NCBI GenBank assembly: GCA_963667465.2
Contig: CAXXDN010000002.1
Span: forward strand, 320,001 to 384,000
Direction: 5' to 3'
Length of the DNA: 64,000 nt
From: Dehalococcoidia bacterium
GTDB lineage: Bacteria > Chloroflexota > Dehalococcoidia > UBA2979
In this document: positions 46,562-55,818 of the stretch, piece by piece
Numbering within the stretch: the stretch's first letter is position 1
Layout of the letters: each line of letters begins with the position of its first letter
The notes under the pieces: model-generated
Databases searched by the model: none
What the model was told of the DNA's origin: nothing
Seen by the model: the letters and a program-made list of their open reading frames with translations, nothing else
Position numbers and translations under genes: made by a program

Positions 46562-46608
46562 TCCGTACGGCGGGCCCCGCCCGCCTCGTTCGACCAGCAG
46601 GAGGCGAG

Positions 46609-47469
46609 ATGGATCCCACGCACGCATTGCGACCGTCGCTCGAGGAGGCCCGCGCGGCCTGGACGAGGCTGGTCGACGCCGACGCCGAGCAGGTCGCGCG
46701 CGTGCGCGAGCCCGAGCCCGCGCACGACTTCTATGCGCCGGTCGCGGGGACGTTCCGGCCTTCGGAGTCCTCGGCGGCAGAATTCGCAATCCTCGACTCC
46801 CTCGCGCAGCCCGAGGATCGCTGGCTCGACATCGGCGCGGGCGGCGGCCGCTTCGCGCGGCCGCTCGCGCGCCGGGTCAGTGAGGTCATCGCCATCGAGC
46901 CCTCGCCGGCGATGCGTGCGGTGCTTGCCGAGGGCGTGGAGGCGGACGGGCTGACGAACCTGTCCGTCCACGATGCGCGCTGGCCGGTGGAGGGCTGGCC
47001 GGTGGAGGGCTGGGCGGAGCAGGCGGACGTCACCCTGGCCGCCCATTGCCTCTACGACAATCGCGAGCCGCTCCCCTTCCTCGCGGCGATGGAACGGCAC
47101 GCGCGGCGCCTCTGCGTGGTGTCGCTCGCGCGGTTCCCCAGGGGCACGCAGTTCGCCGAGCTGTTCGAGGCGGTCCACGAGGAACCGTTCCAGCAGCTCC
47201 CGGCATTGCATGAGTTCGTGGCGCTGCTCGGTGCGCTCGGGCGCTCCTACGAGGTGCGGCGCGTGTGGGCCGGTGCGCCCGCGGAGCCGATCGACCCCGA
47301 GCACGCGCGGAGCTTCGTGCGGCGCATGCTCTGGCTGCAGCCCGGTTCGGAGAAGGACCGGCGGATGTGCGGTCTCATCGACGAGTGGTGGGGAGGGCCG
47401 TCCGGCGTCCTGCTGCCACTGGGACTGCGGGAGGTCGGGATGGTCAGTTGGCGAACATCGGACATATAG
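46609..47469 (+). CDS. Class I SAM-dependent methyltransferase
   Basis: WLDIGAGGGRF, AIEPSPAM; AGGAGG RBS. Confidence 0.85.
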   Translation: MDPTHALRPSLEEARAAWTRLVDADAEQVARVREPEPAHDFYAPVAGTFRPSESSAAEFAILDSLAQPEDRWLDIGAGGGRFARPLARRVSEVIAIEPSPAMRAVLAEGVEADGLTNLSVHDARWPVEGWPVEGWAEQADVTLAAHCLYDNREPLPFLAAMERHARRLCVVSLARFPRGTQFAELFEAVHEEPFQQLPALHEFVALLGALGRSYEVRRVWAGAPAEPIDPEHARSFVRRMLWLQPGSEKDRRMCGLIDEWWGGPSGVLLPLGLREVGMVSWRTSDI

Positions 47470-47514
47470 GCGACCGCGCTCCGATATGATGGCGCTCGCC
47501 TGGGGAGGTGCGGA

Positions 47515-49161
47515 ATGGCTGAGAACTCTGGATCGGAAGTGCTTGCGCGTCAGATGCGCGAGGAGGGGGTCGAAGACCTCTTCTACCTGATGGGTGGCCC
47601 CATCATCGAAACCGCCGGGTTCGCCGGTGACTTCGGCATCCGCACGATCGACTGCCGCCACGAGCAGGGCGCCGCGATGGCCGCGCACGGCTACGCGCGC
47701 GTCAAGCGCTCGCCGGGCATCTGCCTCGCCGCCTCCGGGCCGGCGACCACCAACCTGCTCACCGGCGTCGCCAACGCCTATCTCGACGGCGTTCCGATGG
47801 TGGCGCTGGGTGGCGCGGCCGCGATCCGCGCCTTCGACAGCGACGCCTTCCAGGAATACGACCAGCTCACGATGGCCAGGCCCGTCACCCGCTGGGCCGC
47901 GCGTGTCCATCACGCCGACCGCATGGCCGAGTACTTCAACATGGCGATGCGCAAGGCGCAGGGCCCGAAGCCGGGCCCGACCTACCTCGATCTGCCCGGC
48001 GACGCGCTCTACGAGCGGGTCGACGACTCCGGCGTCTGGTTCCCGCCTGGCGGCCAGCGTCCGGCGCGCCCCGCGCCGGACGAGGGCTCCATCGAGCGCG
48101 CGATTGAGATCCTGTCCGAGGCCGAACGCCCGCTGGTGCTCAGCGGCAGTGGCGTCTTCTGGTCCGACGCCGCCGCGGAGCTGCGCGAGTTCATCGACGA
48201 GGCGCGCATCCCCTTCTACACGACGCCGCTCGGGCGCGGCGTCGTCCCCGAGGACCACGAGCTGGCGTTCCTCGCCTCGCGCGGGCAGGCCTTCCGCGAG
48301 GCGGACGCGATCGTCGTCGTCGGCACGCGCTTCAACTTCATCATCTCGTTCGGGCACCCGCCTCGCTTCGCCGAGGACGTGAAGATCATCCAGATCGACA
48401 CCGACTCGACGGAGCTCGGCCACAACCGGCCGATCGAGCTTGGCATCGTCGCCGACGCGAAGCTCGCCCTGCGCGCGCTGATCGACAAGGCGAAGGAGGT
48501 CGGCCTGCAGGGCTCGCAGGACTGGATCGCGCGCCTCGGCGAGAGCGACCACTCGAGGCGTCAGCGGACGCTCGAGCTGGCCGAGTCCGACGCGTCGCCG
48601 ATCCACCCGCTGCGCATCGCGAACGAGATCGTCAACACGGTCGAGCGAGACGCGATCATCTGCATCGACGGCATGGAGACGCTGAACTTCGGCCGGCAAT
48701 GGATTCCCGCGTTCGCCGAGGGCGGCCGGCTGAACGCCGGACCGAACGGCTGCATGGGCACCGGCATCCCCTTCGCGATGGGAGCGAAGGCCGCGGCGCC
48801 GGGCCGCCAGGTGGTCGCCTTCATCGGCGACGGTTCGTTCCTGATGAACGTGCAGGAGTTCGACACGATGGTGCGGCACGACCTGCCGATCGTGGCGGTG
48901 ATCAACAACAACGGCGGCTGGACCGGCGGCCCGAACACCACGCCGGGCCGCAGCCTCGGACAGTCTCAGCGCTACCACGACGTCGTCGAGGCGCTGGGCG
49001 GGTACGGCGAACTGGTCACGAAGCCGGAGGAGATCCGCCCGGCCATCGAGCGCGCCTTCGCCAGCGGCAAGCCCGCCTGCGTGCACGTCATCGCCGACGA
49101 GCACGCCCGCGCCAGCACGGTGCCGTTCGGCGGCTACTCGACGATGATGCAGCGCGAGTAG
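47515..49161 (+). CDS. TPP-dependent enzyme, 2-hydroxyacyl-CoA lyase/oxalyl-CoA decarboxylase-like
   Basis: RHEQGA, SGP, FQE, GPNGCMG.G.PF, GDGSF...NN. Confidence 0.85.
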   Translation: MAENSGSEVLARQMREEGVEDLFYLMGGPIIETAGFAGDFGIRTIDCRHEQGAAMAAHGYARVKRSPGICLAASGPATTNLLTGVANAYLDGVPMVALGGAAAIRAFDSDAFQEYDQLTMARPVTRWAARVHHADRMAEYFNMAMRKAQGPKPGPTYLDLPGDALYERVDDSGVWFPPGGQRPARPAPDEGSIERAIEILSEAERPLVLSGSGVFWSDAAAELREFIDEARIPFYTTPLGRGVVPEDHELAFLASRGQAFREADAIVVVGTRFNFIISFGHPPRFAEDVKIIQIDTDSTELGHNRPIELGIVADAKLALRALIDKAKEVGLQGSQDWIARLGESDHSRRQRTLELAESDASPIHPLRIANEIVNTVERDAIICIDGMETLNFGRQWIPAFAEGGRLNAGPNGCMGTGIPFAMGAKAAAPGRQVVAFIGDGSFLMNVQEFDTMVRHDLPIVAVINNNGGWTGGPNTTPGRSLGQSQRYHDVVEALGGYGELVTKPEEIRPAIERAFASGKPACVHVIADEHARASTVPFGGYSTMMQRE

Positions 49162-49179
49162 CCGCCTCGAGGGTCGCGC

Positions 49180-49848
49180 CTACGCGGCAGCCAGCTTGCG
49201 CTCGATTGCAGCGGCGGCGGCGCGGATCGCCGCCAGTTCCGCGCTCACGTCCGGCGGCGCCGGGCGGCTGAGCGTCGCGAGCAGCGGGATCAGCCGCCGG
49301 CCCGGACAGGACGTCGCCTGTGGCAGCGGGTCACCCGACGCGTTCGCCGTGGGCGTGAGTCCGTGCCCGAAGACCGGCGCGCCCGGTGCGGTGAAGCGAA
49401 AGCCCCGGATCTCCTCGACAGCCTCTTCGATCGCCTCGTGCAAGCCGGGCGTCGGCTCGTCGCCGCCCCGGCGCTCGTAGTCGCCGAGGGCGCAGATGCC
49501 GATCGCCTCGAGGTTCCAGAGCACGCCCGTCTCCGGGCTGCGGCCCTTCGTGTGCGCGCGGTGCGTCCCCGCCTTGCCGACGGCGTAGAGTCGCCCGCTC
49601 GGGAAAGCGACGTAGTGGTAGCCGGGCCCGATGCCGAACCGGGTGTGGTGGTCGCGAGCCAGCGAGTGGATGCGCTGCTCCTCGTCACGCCTCGAGGCGT
49701 CCGCGCCGAGCGGCGGTCCGTACCACCCCGCCGCGTGGTGGAGCACGATCGCGCGTACGGGCCACGTGTCGCGGTCCAGCTTCCAGCGCGCCATCCCGTC
49801 CCGCATGAACTCCGTCGCGAAGTAGCGTTCCGTCAGGTCGATGGCCAT
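49180..49848 (-). CDS. N-acetylmuramoyl-L-alanine amidase (Amidase_2/PGRP fold)
   Basis: IVLHHAA, GYHY, AHTKG...N..AIGI, GH, TSCPG Zn-ligand motifs; AGGAGG RBS. Confidence 0.8.
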   Translation of the reverse strand: MAIDLTERYFATEFMRDGMARWKLDRDTWPVRAIVLHHAAGWYGPPLGADASRRDEEQRIHSLARDHHTRFGIGPGYHYVAFPSGRLYAVGKAGTHRAHTKGRSPETGVLWNLEAIGICALGDYERRGGDEPTPGLHEAIEEAVEEIRGFRFTAPGAPVFGHGLTPTANASGDPLPQATSCPGRRLIPLLATLSRPAPPDVSAELAAIRAAAAAIERKLAAA

Positions 49849-49924
49849 GCGAGCCTCCTCGCCGCGCTGTGTACCCGGCGGAGGGGCGTGCTCGAAGAGG
49901 GGAGTGGCGCTCTGGGTGGCGGCT

Positions 49925-50992
49925 CTAAGACGTGGGGGCGTACACCAGCTGTTGCCGCAGGTCGTTGAACCGATTATGGGGAATGACCTTCTCGTGCTGA
50001 AGTCGCCCGACGACGATTCCCGGCGCGATACCCAGGCGCGAAGCGAAGGCCTCGACGCTCGCCCGGCCGGGGGCTTCGAACGTGGCGAAGTGCTTCCAAT
50101 CATCGGGTGGGATCAGGAAGTCGGCGGCGAAGCGATCGGCGTCGTCCTCGCGCTCGTCTCGCTCCATCCCGTTCCGTACGTCGACGAATATCTCCTTCTG
50201 CGGATGCCTGAGGACGTGGCATGCCTCGTGGAAGAAGGTGAACCAGAAGATGTCGGCCCAGCGGTAGCGGATGTTGATCTGGATCAACGCCTTCTCCGCC
50301 GTGAGCCAGCGGGCAACGCCCTGTGCTCCGGTCTTCGGGAACTCCTGAACGGCTACAAGCGCGACCCCTGCCGAGGCGCACAACTCGTGCATGGGCGACC
50401 AGAAGTCGCTCTCGGTGGTCAAGCCCCGGATTCCCTCGAGAGCAGTCCGGAACCGCGTCTCGTCGTACGGCTCGGTGGGTGTGTCGAATCCCTCGATCTC
50501 GCCGCGCCGTACCCAGGTATGCAACGCGAGCCGGTCCGTCTTCGCCTTCGCAGAAAGGCGGAAGCCGAGGGCCTCGTGCCGCTCGTCCCAGTAGGAGAAG
50601 GATTGGAGACCGAAGAACTGCAGCAGGGCCCGCACTTGATCCGCCACTGAGTCTCCTGGCTGCATCCAGTTGCGTTTCGTCATCTCCCTCACGGGAAACC
50701 GATCCAGCCAGTGGGCCTGCTCCTCGAGTGCTGTTTCCTCCTGGAGCCTCGCTCGCGCGAGGCCGTACATCGACTGGAGGTTCAGCCACACGCGCGCGGG
50801 CGTCCCGAGTACGCGCTCGAGGCCGAGGGCGGTCTCCTCGGAGATGGCCTTGTGGCCGCGGACGACCTCGTTGATGACCTGGACGGGGCGCTCCATGCGG
50901 CGGGCGAGTTCAGACTGCGTCAAGCCGCGCGCCTCGATTTCCTCGCCGAGGTAGACCCCCGGGTGGATCGCGCGGTCAGGCGTGCTAGCCAT
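49925..50992 (-). CDS. higA: HigA antitoxin fused to ImmA/IrrE metallopeptidase
   Basis: HPG..L.E XRE HTH, WLNLQ, WFTFFHEACH, E..ADRFA. Confidence 0.9.
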   Translation of the reverse strand: MASTPDRAIHPGVYLGEEIEARGLTQSELARRMERPVQVINEVVRGHKAISEETALGLERVLGTPARVWLNLQSMYGLARARLQEETALEEQAHWLDRFPVREMTKRNWMQPGDSVADQVRALLQFFGLQSFSYWDERHEALGFRLSAKAKTDRLALHTWVRRGEIEGFDTPTEPYDETRFRTALEGIRGLTTESDFWSPMHELCASAGVALVAVQEFPKTGAQGVARWLTAEKALIQINIRYRWADIFWFTFFHEACHVLRHPQKEIFVDVRNGMERDEREDDADRFAADFLIPPDDWKHFATFEAPGRASVEAFASRLGIAPGIVVGRLQHEKVIPHNRFNDLRQQLVYAPTS

Positions 50993-51290
50993 GATAGTCC
51001 TCCACCCCGACGACCCAGAGCATGCGCTCGTCGTCGCCGGGCTCCACGATCAGCCGCCACTTGCCGGTCAGCTTCGCGGCGTACTGCCCTTCCCGGTCGT
51101 GATGCAGCGGATGGAAGGCCAAGAACTGGAACCTGAAGAGGTCGTCCCACACCTCCAATCCGAGGATGAAGTTGACGCGTTCAACGTAGCGGGGGCCTAC
51201 ATCCGTACCCCAACGCCTGGTCGCCTGCGCTTCGCGTTCAAAACAGCGTTGGAGTTGGCGGTTCCCGAACCGTACTTCCAATGCTTTCAC
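50985..51290 (-). CDS. higB: HigB/RelE-like toxin (plasmid maintenance killer type)
   Basis: F.NRQL, HPL..DREGQYA..LTGKWRLI, EDYH; overlaps the higA start. Confidence 0.88.
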   Translation of the reverse strand: MKALEVRFGNRQLQRCFEREAQATRRWGTDVGPRYVERVNFILGLEVWDDLFRFQFLAFHPLHHDREGQYAAKLTGKWRLIVEPGDDERMLWVVGVEDYHG

Positions 51291-51344
51291 CCTTCAGGTG
51301 AAAGCATACGCATAGAGAGGCGATATTTCAACCTATGGGTGAAA
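51281..51344. promoter_or_regulatory. Twin palindromic operators of higBA
   Basis: ATGCTTTCACC-N5-GGTGAAAGCAT covering the higB start codon, and TTTCAACC-TAT-GGGTGAAA upstream. Confidence 0.7.
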
Positions 51345-51351
51345 GCCCGCG

Positions 51352-51750
51352 CTACTCCGGCCGCAGCACGATCAGCACGGCGGCGAGCGCGATGCCGGCG
51401 AGTAGCGCGAGCAGCGCGCCGCGCAGCACGAACGACGGCTCGAGGCGTGTGCGGCCGCGCGAGAAGGCGCTGCGCCGGCCGTCCCAGCCGGACTCGATGA
51501 GCGCCGTCGCGGCGGCCTCCGCCTGGCGCGCGGGGACGAACAGCGCGTACACGAACGGCGCCCCCGCGGGATAGACGGAGGAGCGCGAGCCGAAGCTTGC
51601 GGCGTGCTCGATGTGCAGCTCCGCCTCGATGCCCTCGGCGAGCAGCAGCTCGTGGTAGTCGCCCGCGCGCTCGGCGTCCTCTTCGACGGTCAGCAGCACA
51701 AGCCCTCGCTGGCCCGGCGGCAGCTCCGCCGGGTCGGGTGGCGAGGTCAC
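51352..51750 (-). CDS. Hypothetical protein (DUF2007-like domain) with C-terminal TM helix
   Basis: LLLAEGIEA...LFVP..AEAA pattern and hydrophobic C-terminus; start uncertain. Confidence 0.6.
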   Translation of the reverse strand: MTSPPDPAELPPGQRGLVLLTVEEDAERAGDYHELLLAEGIEAELHIEHAASFGSRSSVYPAGAPFVYALFVPARQAEAAATALIESGWDGRRSAFSRGRTRLEPSFVLRGALLALLAGIALAAVLIVLRPE

Positions 51751-51754
51751 TGTC

Positions 51755-51820
51755 GGGCGGGCCGTGCGGGCCGTGCGGGCCGTGCGGGCCGGGCGGGCCG
51801 TGTGGGCCGTGTGGGCCGGG
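51755..51820. repeat. 9-bp tandem repeat (VNTR)
   Basis: About 6-7 copies of GGGCCGTG(C/T). Confidence 0.8.
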
Positions 51821-51838
51821 GCACCGGGCGCGTCGGGC

Positions 51839-54394
51839 TCAGGCGGGCTGGAGCGCCCGCACCCGGACCGGGGCAGCGCCGTCGGCGGCTCCACGCAGCG
51901 GGAAGAGCGCCATCAGCGCGCCGCCGTCGAAGTAGCGCGAGGCGTAGACGACGCCGGCCGGGACGCCGTCGTCGAGCTGCGCCGTGATGCGTACCTCGTG
52001 CGAGCCGTTCGCCAGCACCAGCTCGTCCCCGTTGCGCACGCCGAGCGGTTCGGCGTCGGCGGGGTTGATCAGCAGCGTCTCCTCGCGGTGCAGCTTGTCC
52101 GCCTCCTCCGAGCGGAGCGAGGCGCCCTCCCACGAGGTGTAGAGCGAGCGACCGGCGATCAGCCGCAGGCCGTCCGCCTCCGCGGCGTCGCCGCTCGCCG
52201 GTACGGGCTGCAGGCTCGCGCCGGAGGCGGGCGAGGCGGACAGCGCGCGCGTGCGCCCGGAGCGGATCGCCTCGTGCGGCTCGTAGCCCTCGAGGCCGGC
52301 GGCCGCCTCGGCCATGACCGCGCCTGCGCTCTCGTGGGCGAAGTCGCCGCCGAGCGCGTTCGCGAGCGCCACGAGGATCGCGACGCCGTCGCGCTCGTCG
52401 CGGTGCGGCGGCGCGGCGGGGCGCTGGCGCGTGATGCGGCGATCGCCGCTGGTGATGGTCCCGTCCTTCGCGAAGAAGGGCAGCTCCGCCAGCACGACGT
52501 TCGCGTGCTGCGCTGTCGTCGAGCGAAGCGAGTCGATCACGACCAGCGCCTCGACCGTCTCGAGGGCGGCGCGCACGTCGTCGCTGCCCGGTGCGTTGAG
52601 CAGCGGGTTGTCGTCGTGGATCAGCAGCCCGCGAATCGCGCCGTCGCGTGCGCCCTCGATGATCTCGGGGAAGGAGCGCCCGCCCTCGCCCGGCGCGACG
52701 CCCATGTCGCTGATGCCGAGCACGTTGGCGTCGGTCGGCAGGTAGTGCAGGCCCTGCGCGGCGCGATCGCCGAGGGCGGCGACGGCGAGATTCGTGCAGG
52801 CTGCGGCCTGCGCTCCGGCCGCTTCGGCGCTGAGCGCGCCCGGAGCGAAGACGATCGCGCAATCCGGCGCGCCTGCTGCGCCGTCCGCCGACCGCTCCGC
52901 GAGGAGCGCCCGTGCGGCCTCGAGGCGATCGGGGTCGACGCTCGCCGGTGCGGTGGCGTTGGCCTCGGCGAGCGCCTGGACCGTGGCGGCCTCGGCGCCG
53001 GGCTGCGGTTGCAGCCAGGCGGTGGCGAAGTCGACCAGCTCGCCCCAGCGGGGCGAGACGAGCACGAGCTTCGCGCCGTGCTTCACGACCGCATCCTTGA
53101 CGCGCAGCGAGATGACCTGGTGCGACTCCTCGATGTCGCCGCCGACGACGATGATCGTCCCGGCCTGCTCGATGTCGGAGTAGCTGGACGGCAGCTCGGC
53201 CGAACCGAGGCCGCGCTCGAGGGCAGCGGCGGCGGCGCGGTGCACTGGCCCGTGCGAGAAGTCGAGGTGCGGCGTGCCAATCACCTCGCCCGCGAGCTTC
53301 GCGAGCAGCGCTGCCTCCTCATTCGTCGCCAGCGGCGAGCCGAGGACGGCGATCGCCTCCGCGCCGTGCTGCTCCCTGACGCCGGAGAGCAACCGCGCGG
53401 CCTCGGCCAGCGCGCCCTCAGGCGTGGCCGGGAGCAGCAGGTCGCCCTCGCGGAGGAGTGAGCGGCTGAGGCGCTCGCGGTCGCCGACGGCGTCGTAGTG
53501 GAAGCGCCCGCGCACGCAGATCTGGTCGCGGCTTGTGGGGTTGAGACGGTCCGGGCGCACGATCATCGGGCGGCCGTCGCGCAGGCCGTAGGAGATGGTG
53601 CAGCCGACGGCGCAGGAGTTGCAGGCGGAGTTGGTCCATTCCTCGGAGAGCGCCATCCACTTGTTGGGCTTCTCCATCAGCGTCGCGGTCGGGCAGACAT
53701 CGATGCAGGCGCCACAGAAGTCGCAGTTGGACTCGTGGATGGCGCCGCCGGTGCCGAAGGCGATCATCGTCGTCGAGCCCTTGCCGGAGAGGCTGATCGC
53801 GCCGGTGTGGCGCAGGTCGGCGCAGGCGCGCACGCAGCGCGTGCAGATGATGCACATCTGCGGGTCGAACTCGAGGAACGGGTTGGCGCGGTCCACCTCG
53901 GGTGGCGGTGTCTCGTAGTAGGAGCGCTCCTCGCCGACCCACGGTTCCTCGAACTCGCCCATATCGATCAGCTCGGTCGAGGTCTGCAACTCGCAGCGGT
54001 AGTTCTTGCTGCAGGTCAGGCAGCGATGCGTGACGACGTCGTCGCGCAGGCAGATCTCGCCCGGCTGGCAGTGCACGCGGCGGTGGCAGGTGAGGCAGCG
54101 ATCGGGGTGGTTCGCCATAATCAGCGACATAACCTGCTGCCGCGCGCGTTTCACATCGGAGGTCTCGGTGTTGACCGCCATGCCGTCGGCGGTGACGGCG
54201 GTGCAGGAGAGCTGCAGTTCGGTCGGCCGCGCGCCCTCGATCTCGACGATGCAGGTACGGCAGCCGGCGTAGGGTTCGAGGCCGTCGATGTAGCAGAGGT
54301 TCGTGATGCGAACGCCCTGCTCCTTGATCACCTCGACGAGCGGCCGTCCGGCCTCGACGTCGAGCGCTTCGCCGTTGAGCGTGATCGTGACCAC
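51839..54394 (-). CDS. NuoG/FdhA-like multi-Fe-S protein with a degenerate molybdopterin domain
   Basis: 2Fe-2S (LC...CRTC...SC), HxxxCxxC, CIICTRC...C, CDFCGAC...CP, CNSCAVGC...C.RG; C-terminal molybdopterin dinucleotide-like domain. Confidence 0.88.
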   Translation of the reverse strand: MVTITLNGEALDVEAGRPLVEVIKEQGVRITNLCYIDGLEPYAGCRTCIVEIEGARPTELQLSCTAVTADGMAVNTETSDVKRARQQVMSLIMANHPDRCLTCHRRVHCQPGEICLRDDVVTHRCLTCSKNYRCELQTSTELIDMGEFEEPWVGEERSYYETPPPEVDRANPFLEFDPQMCIICTRCVRACADLRHTGAISLSGKGSTTMIAFGTGGAIHESNCDFCGACIDVCPTATLMEKPNKWMALSEEWTNSACNSCAVGCTISYGLRDGRPMIVRPDRLNPTSRDQICVRGRFHYDAVGDRERLSRSLLREGDLLLPATPEGALAEAARLLSGVREQHGAEAIAVLGSPLATNEEAALLAKLAGEVIGTPHLDFSHGPVHRAAAAALERGLGSAELPSSYSDIEQAGTIIVVGGDIEESHQVISLRVKDAVVKHGAKLVLVSPRWGELVDFATAWLQPQPGAEAATVQALAEANATAPASVDPDRLEAARALLAERSADGAAGAPDCAIVFAPGALSAEAAGAQAAACTNLAVAALGDRAAQGLHYLPTDANVLGISDMGVAPGEGGRSFPEIIEGARDGAIRGLLIHDDNPLLNAPGSDDVRAALETVEALVVIDSLRSTTAQHANVVLAELPFFAKDGTITSGDRRITRQRPAAPPHRDERDGVAILVALANALGGDFAHESAGAVMAEAAAGLEGYEPHEAIRSGRTRALSASPASGASLQPVPASGDAAEADGLRLIAGRSLYTSWEGASLRSEEADKLHREETLLINPADAEPLGVRNGDELVLANGSHEVRITAQLDDGVPAGVVYASRYFDGGALMALFPLRGAADGAAPVRVRALQPA

Positions 54395-54424
54395 CGGCGG
54401 CTCCTCTGTGCGCGCTGCGGGCGT

Positions 54425-54979
54425 TTAGTCGCGGTCGAGCTTGCCGGGCAGGTGTTGAGGCCCGAAGGGCCCCGCCTCGCCGGCGACGGGGAAGCGTCCG
54501 CGCGCGGTCGGCAGCGCCGTGCGCAGCGGGTGCTCCTCCTGCTGCTGGCCGTTGGGGTAGACCCCGTCGCTGCGATCGAGGTACTCGCTGGCCTCGCGGC
54601 TGAGCGCGTCGCGGTCGCGGTACATGTCCTCGAAGACGTAGACGGCGTCGTCGTAGCGTCCGCCGGCCTGGATCGCCTGGTAGGGGCAGGCCTCGGTGCA
54701 GAGTCCGCAGTACATGCAGATCCGGAAGTCGATCTCGTAGCGGTCGATGTTGAGCGTGCCGTCGGCGCGCGGCGAAGTCTCGACGAGGATGCAGCCATCG
54801 GGGCAGGCCTGCGCGCAGGTGGAGCAGCCGGTGCAGCGTTCCTCGAACCAGAGCAGGTTAGTGCGGGCGCGCAGGGGCACGTCGCGCTCCTCCTCCGGGT
54901 AGGAGACGGTGATGGGGGGCCTGAAGATGTGCTTGAAGGTGACGAGCAGTCCCTTGGCGATGCCCAGTCCGTAGGCCAC
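54425..54979 (-). CDS. nuoI: NuoI-like 2x[4Fe-4S] protein
   Basis: GLLVTFKH, TVSYPEE, CTGCSTCAQACP, CMYCGLCTEACP; start approximate. Confidence 0.8.
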   Translation of the reverse strand: MAYGLGIAKGLLVTFKHIFRPPITVSYPEEERDVPLRARTNLLWFEERCTGCSTCAQACPDGCILVETSPRADGTLNIDRYEIDFRICMYCGLCTEACPYQAIQAGGRYDDAVYVFEDMYRDRDALSREASEYLDRSDGVYPNGQQQEEHPLRTALPTARGRFPVAGEAGPFGPQHLPGKLDRD

Positions 54980-55142
54980 GCGAACCCCTCGTCCCGCCGC
55001 AGTCTCCCGCATCCGGCGCTCGCGGCGAAGCATAGCCGACGGCTGCGGCAGGGGGTAGCGGGCGGCGGGGGGCATTGCGGGCGCCGAGGGCCGCCTGTAC
55101 TGTGCAACACAGAAACTGTGAGACTGTGGATGAGACTGCGGC

Positions 55143-55406
55143 ATGAGAAACATCACCGTATCCGTCGACGAGGAGACGCATCGCCTCGCCCGCATCCGCG
55201 CGGCGGAGCTCGACACCTCCGTCTCGGCCCTCGTGCGCGACTATCTCCTGGAGCTCGTGCAGGACCAAAACAACGAGTCCCGATTCGATCGCCTGCGGAG
55301 GCTGCAGGACGAGACCCTGGAGGCGATTCGCGCTCGTGGCGGTGGCCTGCGGTCGGCCGACAACCTGTCGCGAGACGAGTTGTACGAGCGCGATGCGCTT
55401 CGTTGA
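55143..55406 (+). CDS. Ribbon-helix-helix antitoxin (VapB-like)
   Basis: MRNITVSVDEE...AAE..TSVSALVRDYL, C-terminal SRDELYER overlapping the PIN gene. Confidence 0.85.
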   Translation: MRNITVSVDEETHRLARIRAAELDTSVSALVRDYLLELVQDQNNESRFDRLRRLQDETLEAIRARGGGLRSADNLSRDELYERDALR

Positions 55407-55818
55407 CACGAATGTCCTGCTCTACGCCGTCAGCGAGGCGCCGGAAGACAGTGCCAAGCAGGAAATCGCGCTCGACCTGCTTGGGCGGCGGGATCTCGCC
55501 CTATCGGTACAGGTCCTGCAGGAGTTCTACACGCAAGCGACTCGAGCCTCGCGCCCGCGAGCGCTGGCGCACGAGGAAGCAGCAGCGTGGGTCCGGTCTC
55601 TCGGGCGCTTTCCGGTACAGGCCGTCACGCTCGACGTGCTGTGGGACGCGCTCGCCATCCACGAGCGGTTCGGCCTGTCCTACTGGGACGGCGCCGTCCT
55701 TGCGGCCGCCAGACTGCGAGGGTGCGACATCGTCTACTCCGAGGATCTGAGCGACACGCAGGATTACGGCGGCCTGCGTGTCGTCAACCCCTTCGCCGAC
55801 GCAGGGGTAGGCGCATGA
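55393..55818 (+). CDS. vapC: PIN-domain toxin
   Basis: FVDTNVLLYA, SVQVLQEF, SYWD, YSEDL, VVNPF. Confidence 0.9.
   Translation: MRFVDTNVLLYAVSEAPEDSAKQEIALDLLGRRDLALSVQVLQEFYTQATRASRPRALAHEEAAAWVRSLGRFPVQAVTLDVLWDALAIHERFGLSYWDGAVLAAARLRGCDIVYSEDLSDTQDYGGLRVVNPFADAGVGA

Noticed and set aside
40593-49848. Prophage suggested by an excisionase-like gene and an amidase
   Set aside because: They are 9 kb apart, separated by metabolic genes, with no structural, terminase or integrase genes
51839-54394. Selenocysteine formate dehydrogenase
   Set aside because: No in-frame TGA and no Cys at the Mo-ligand position
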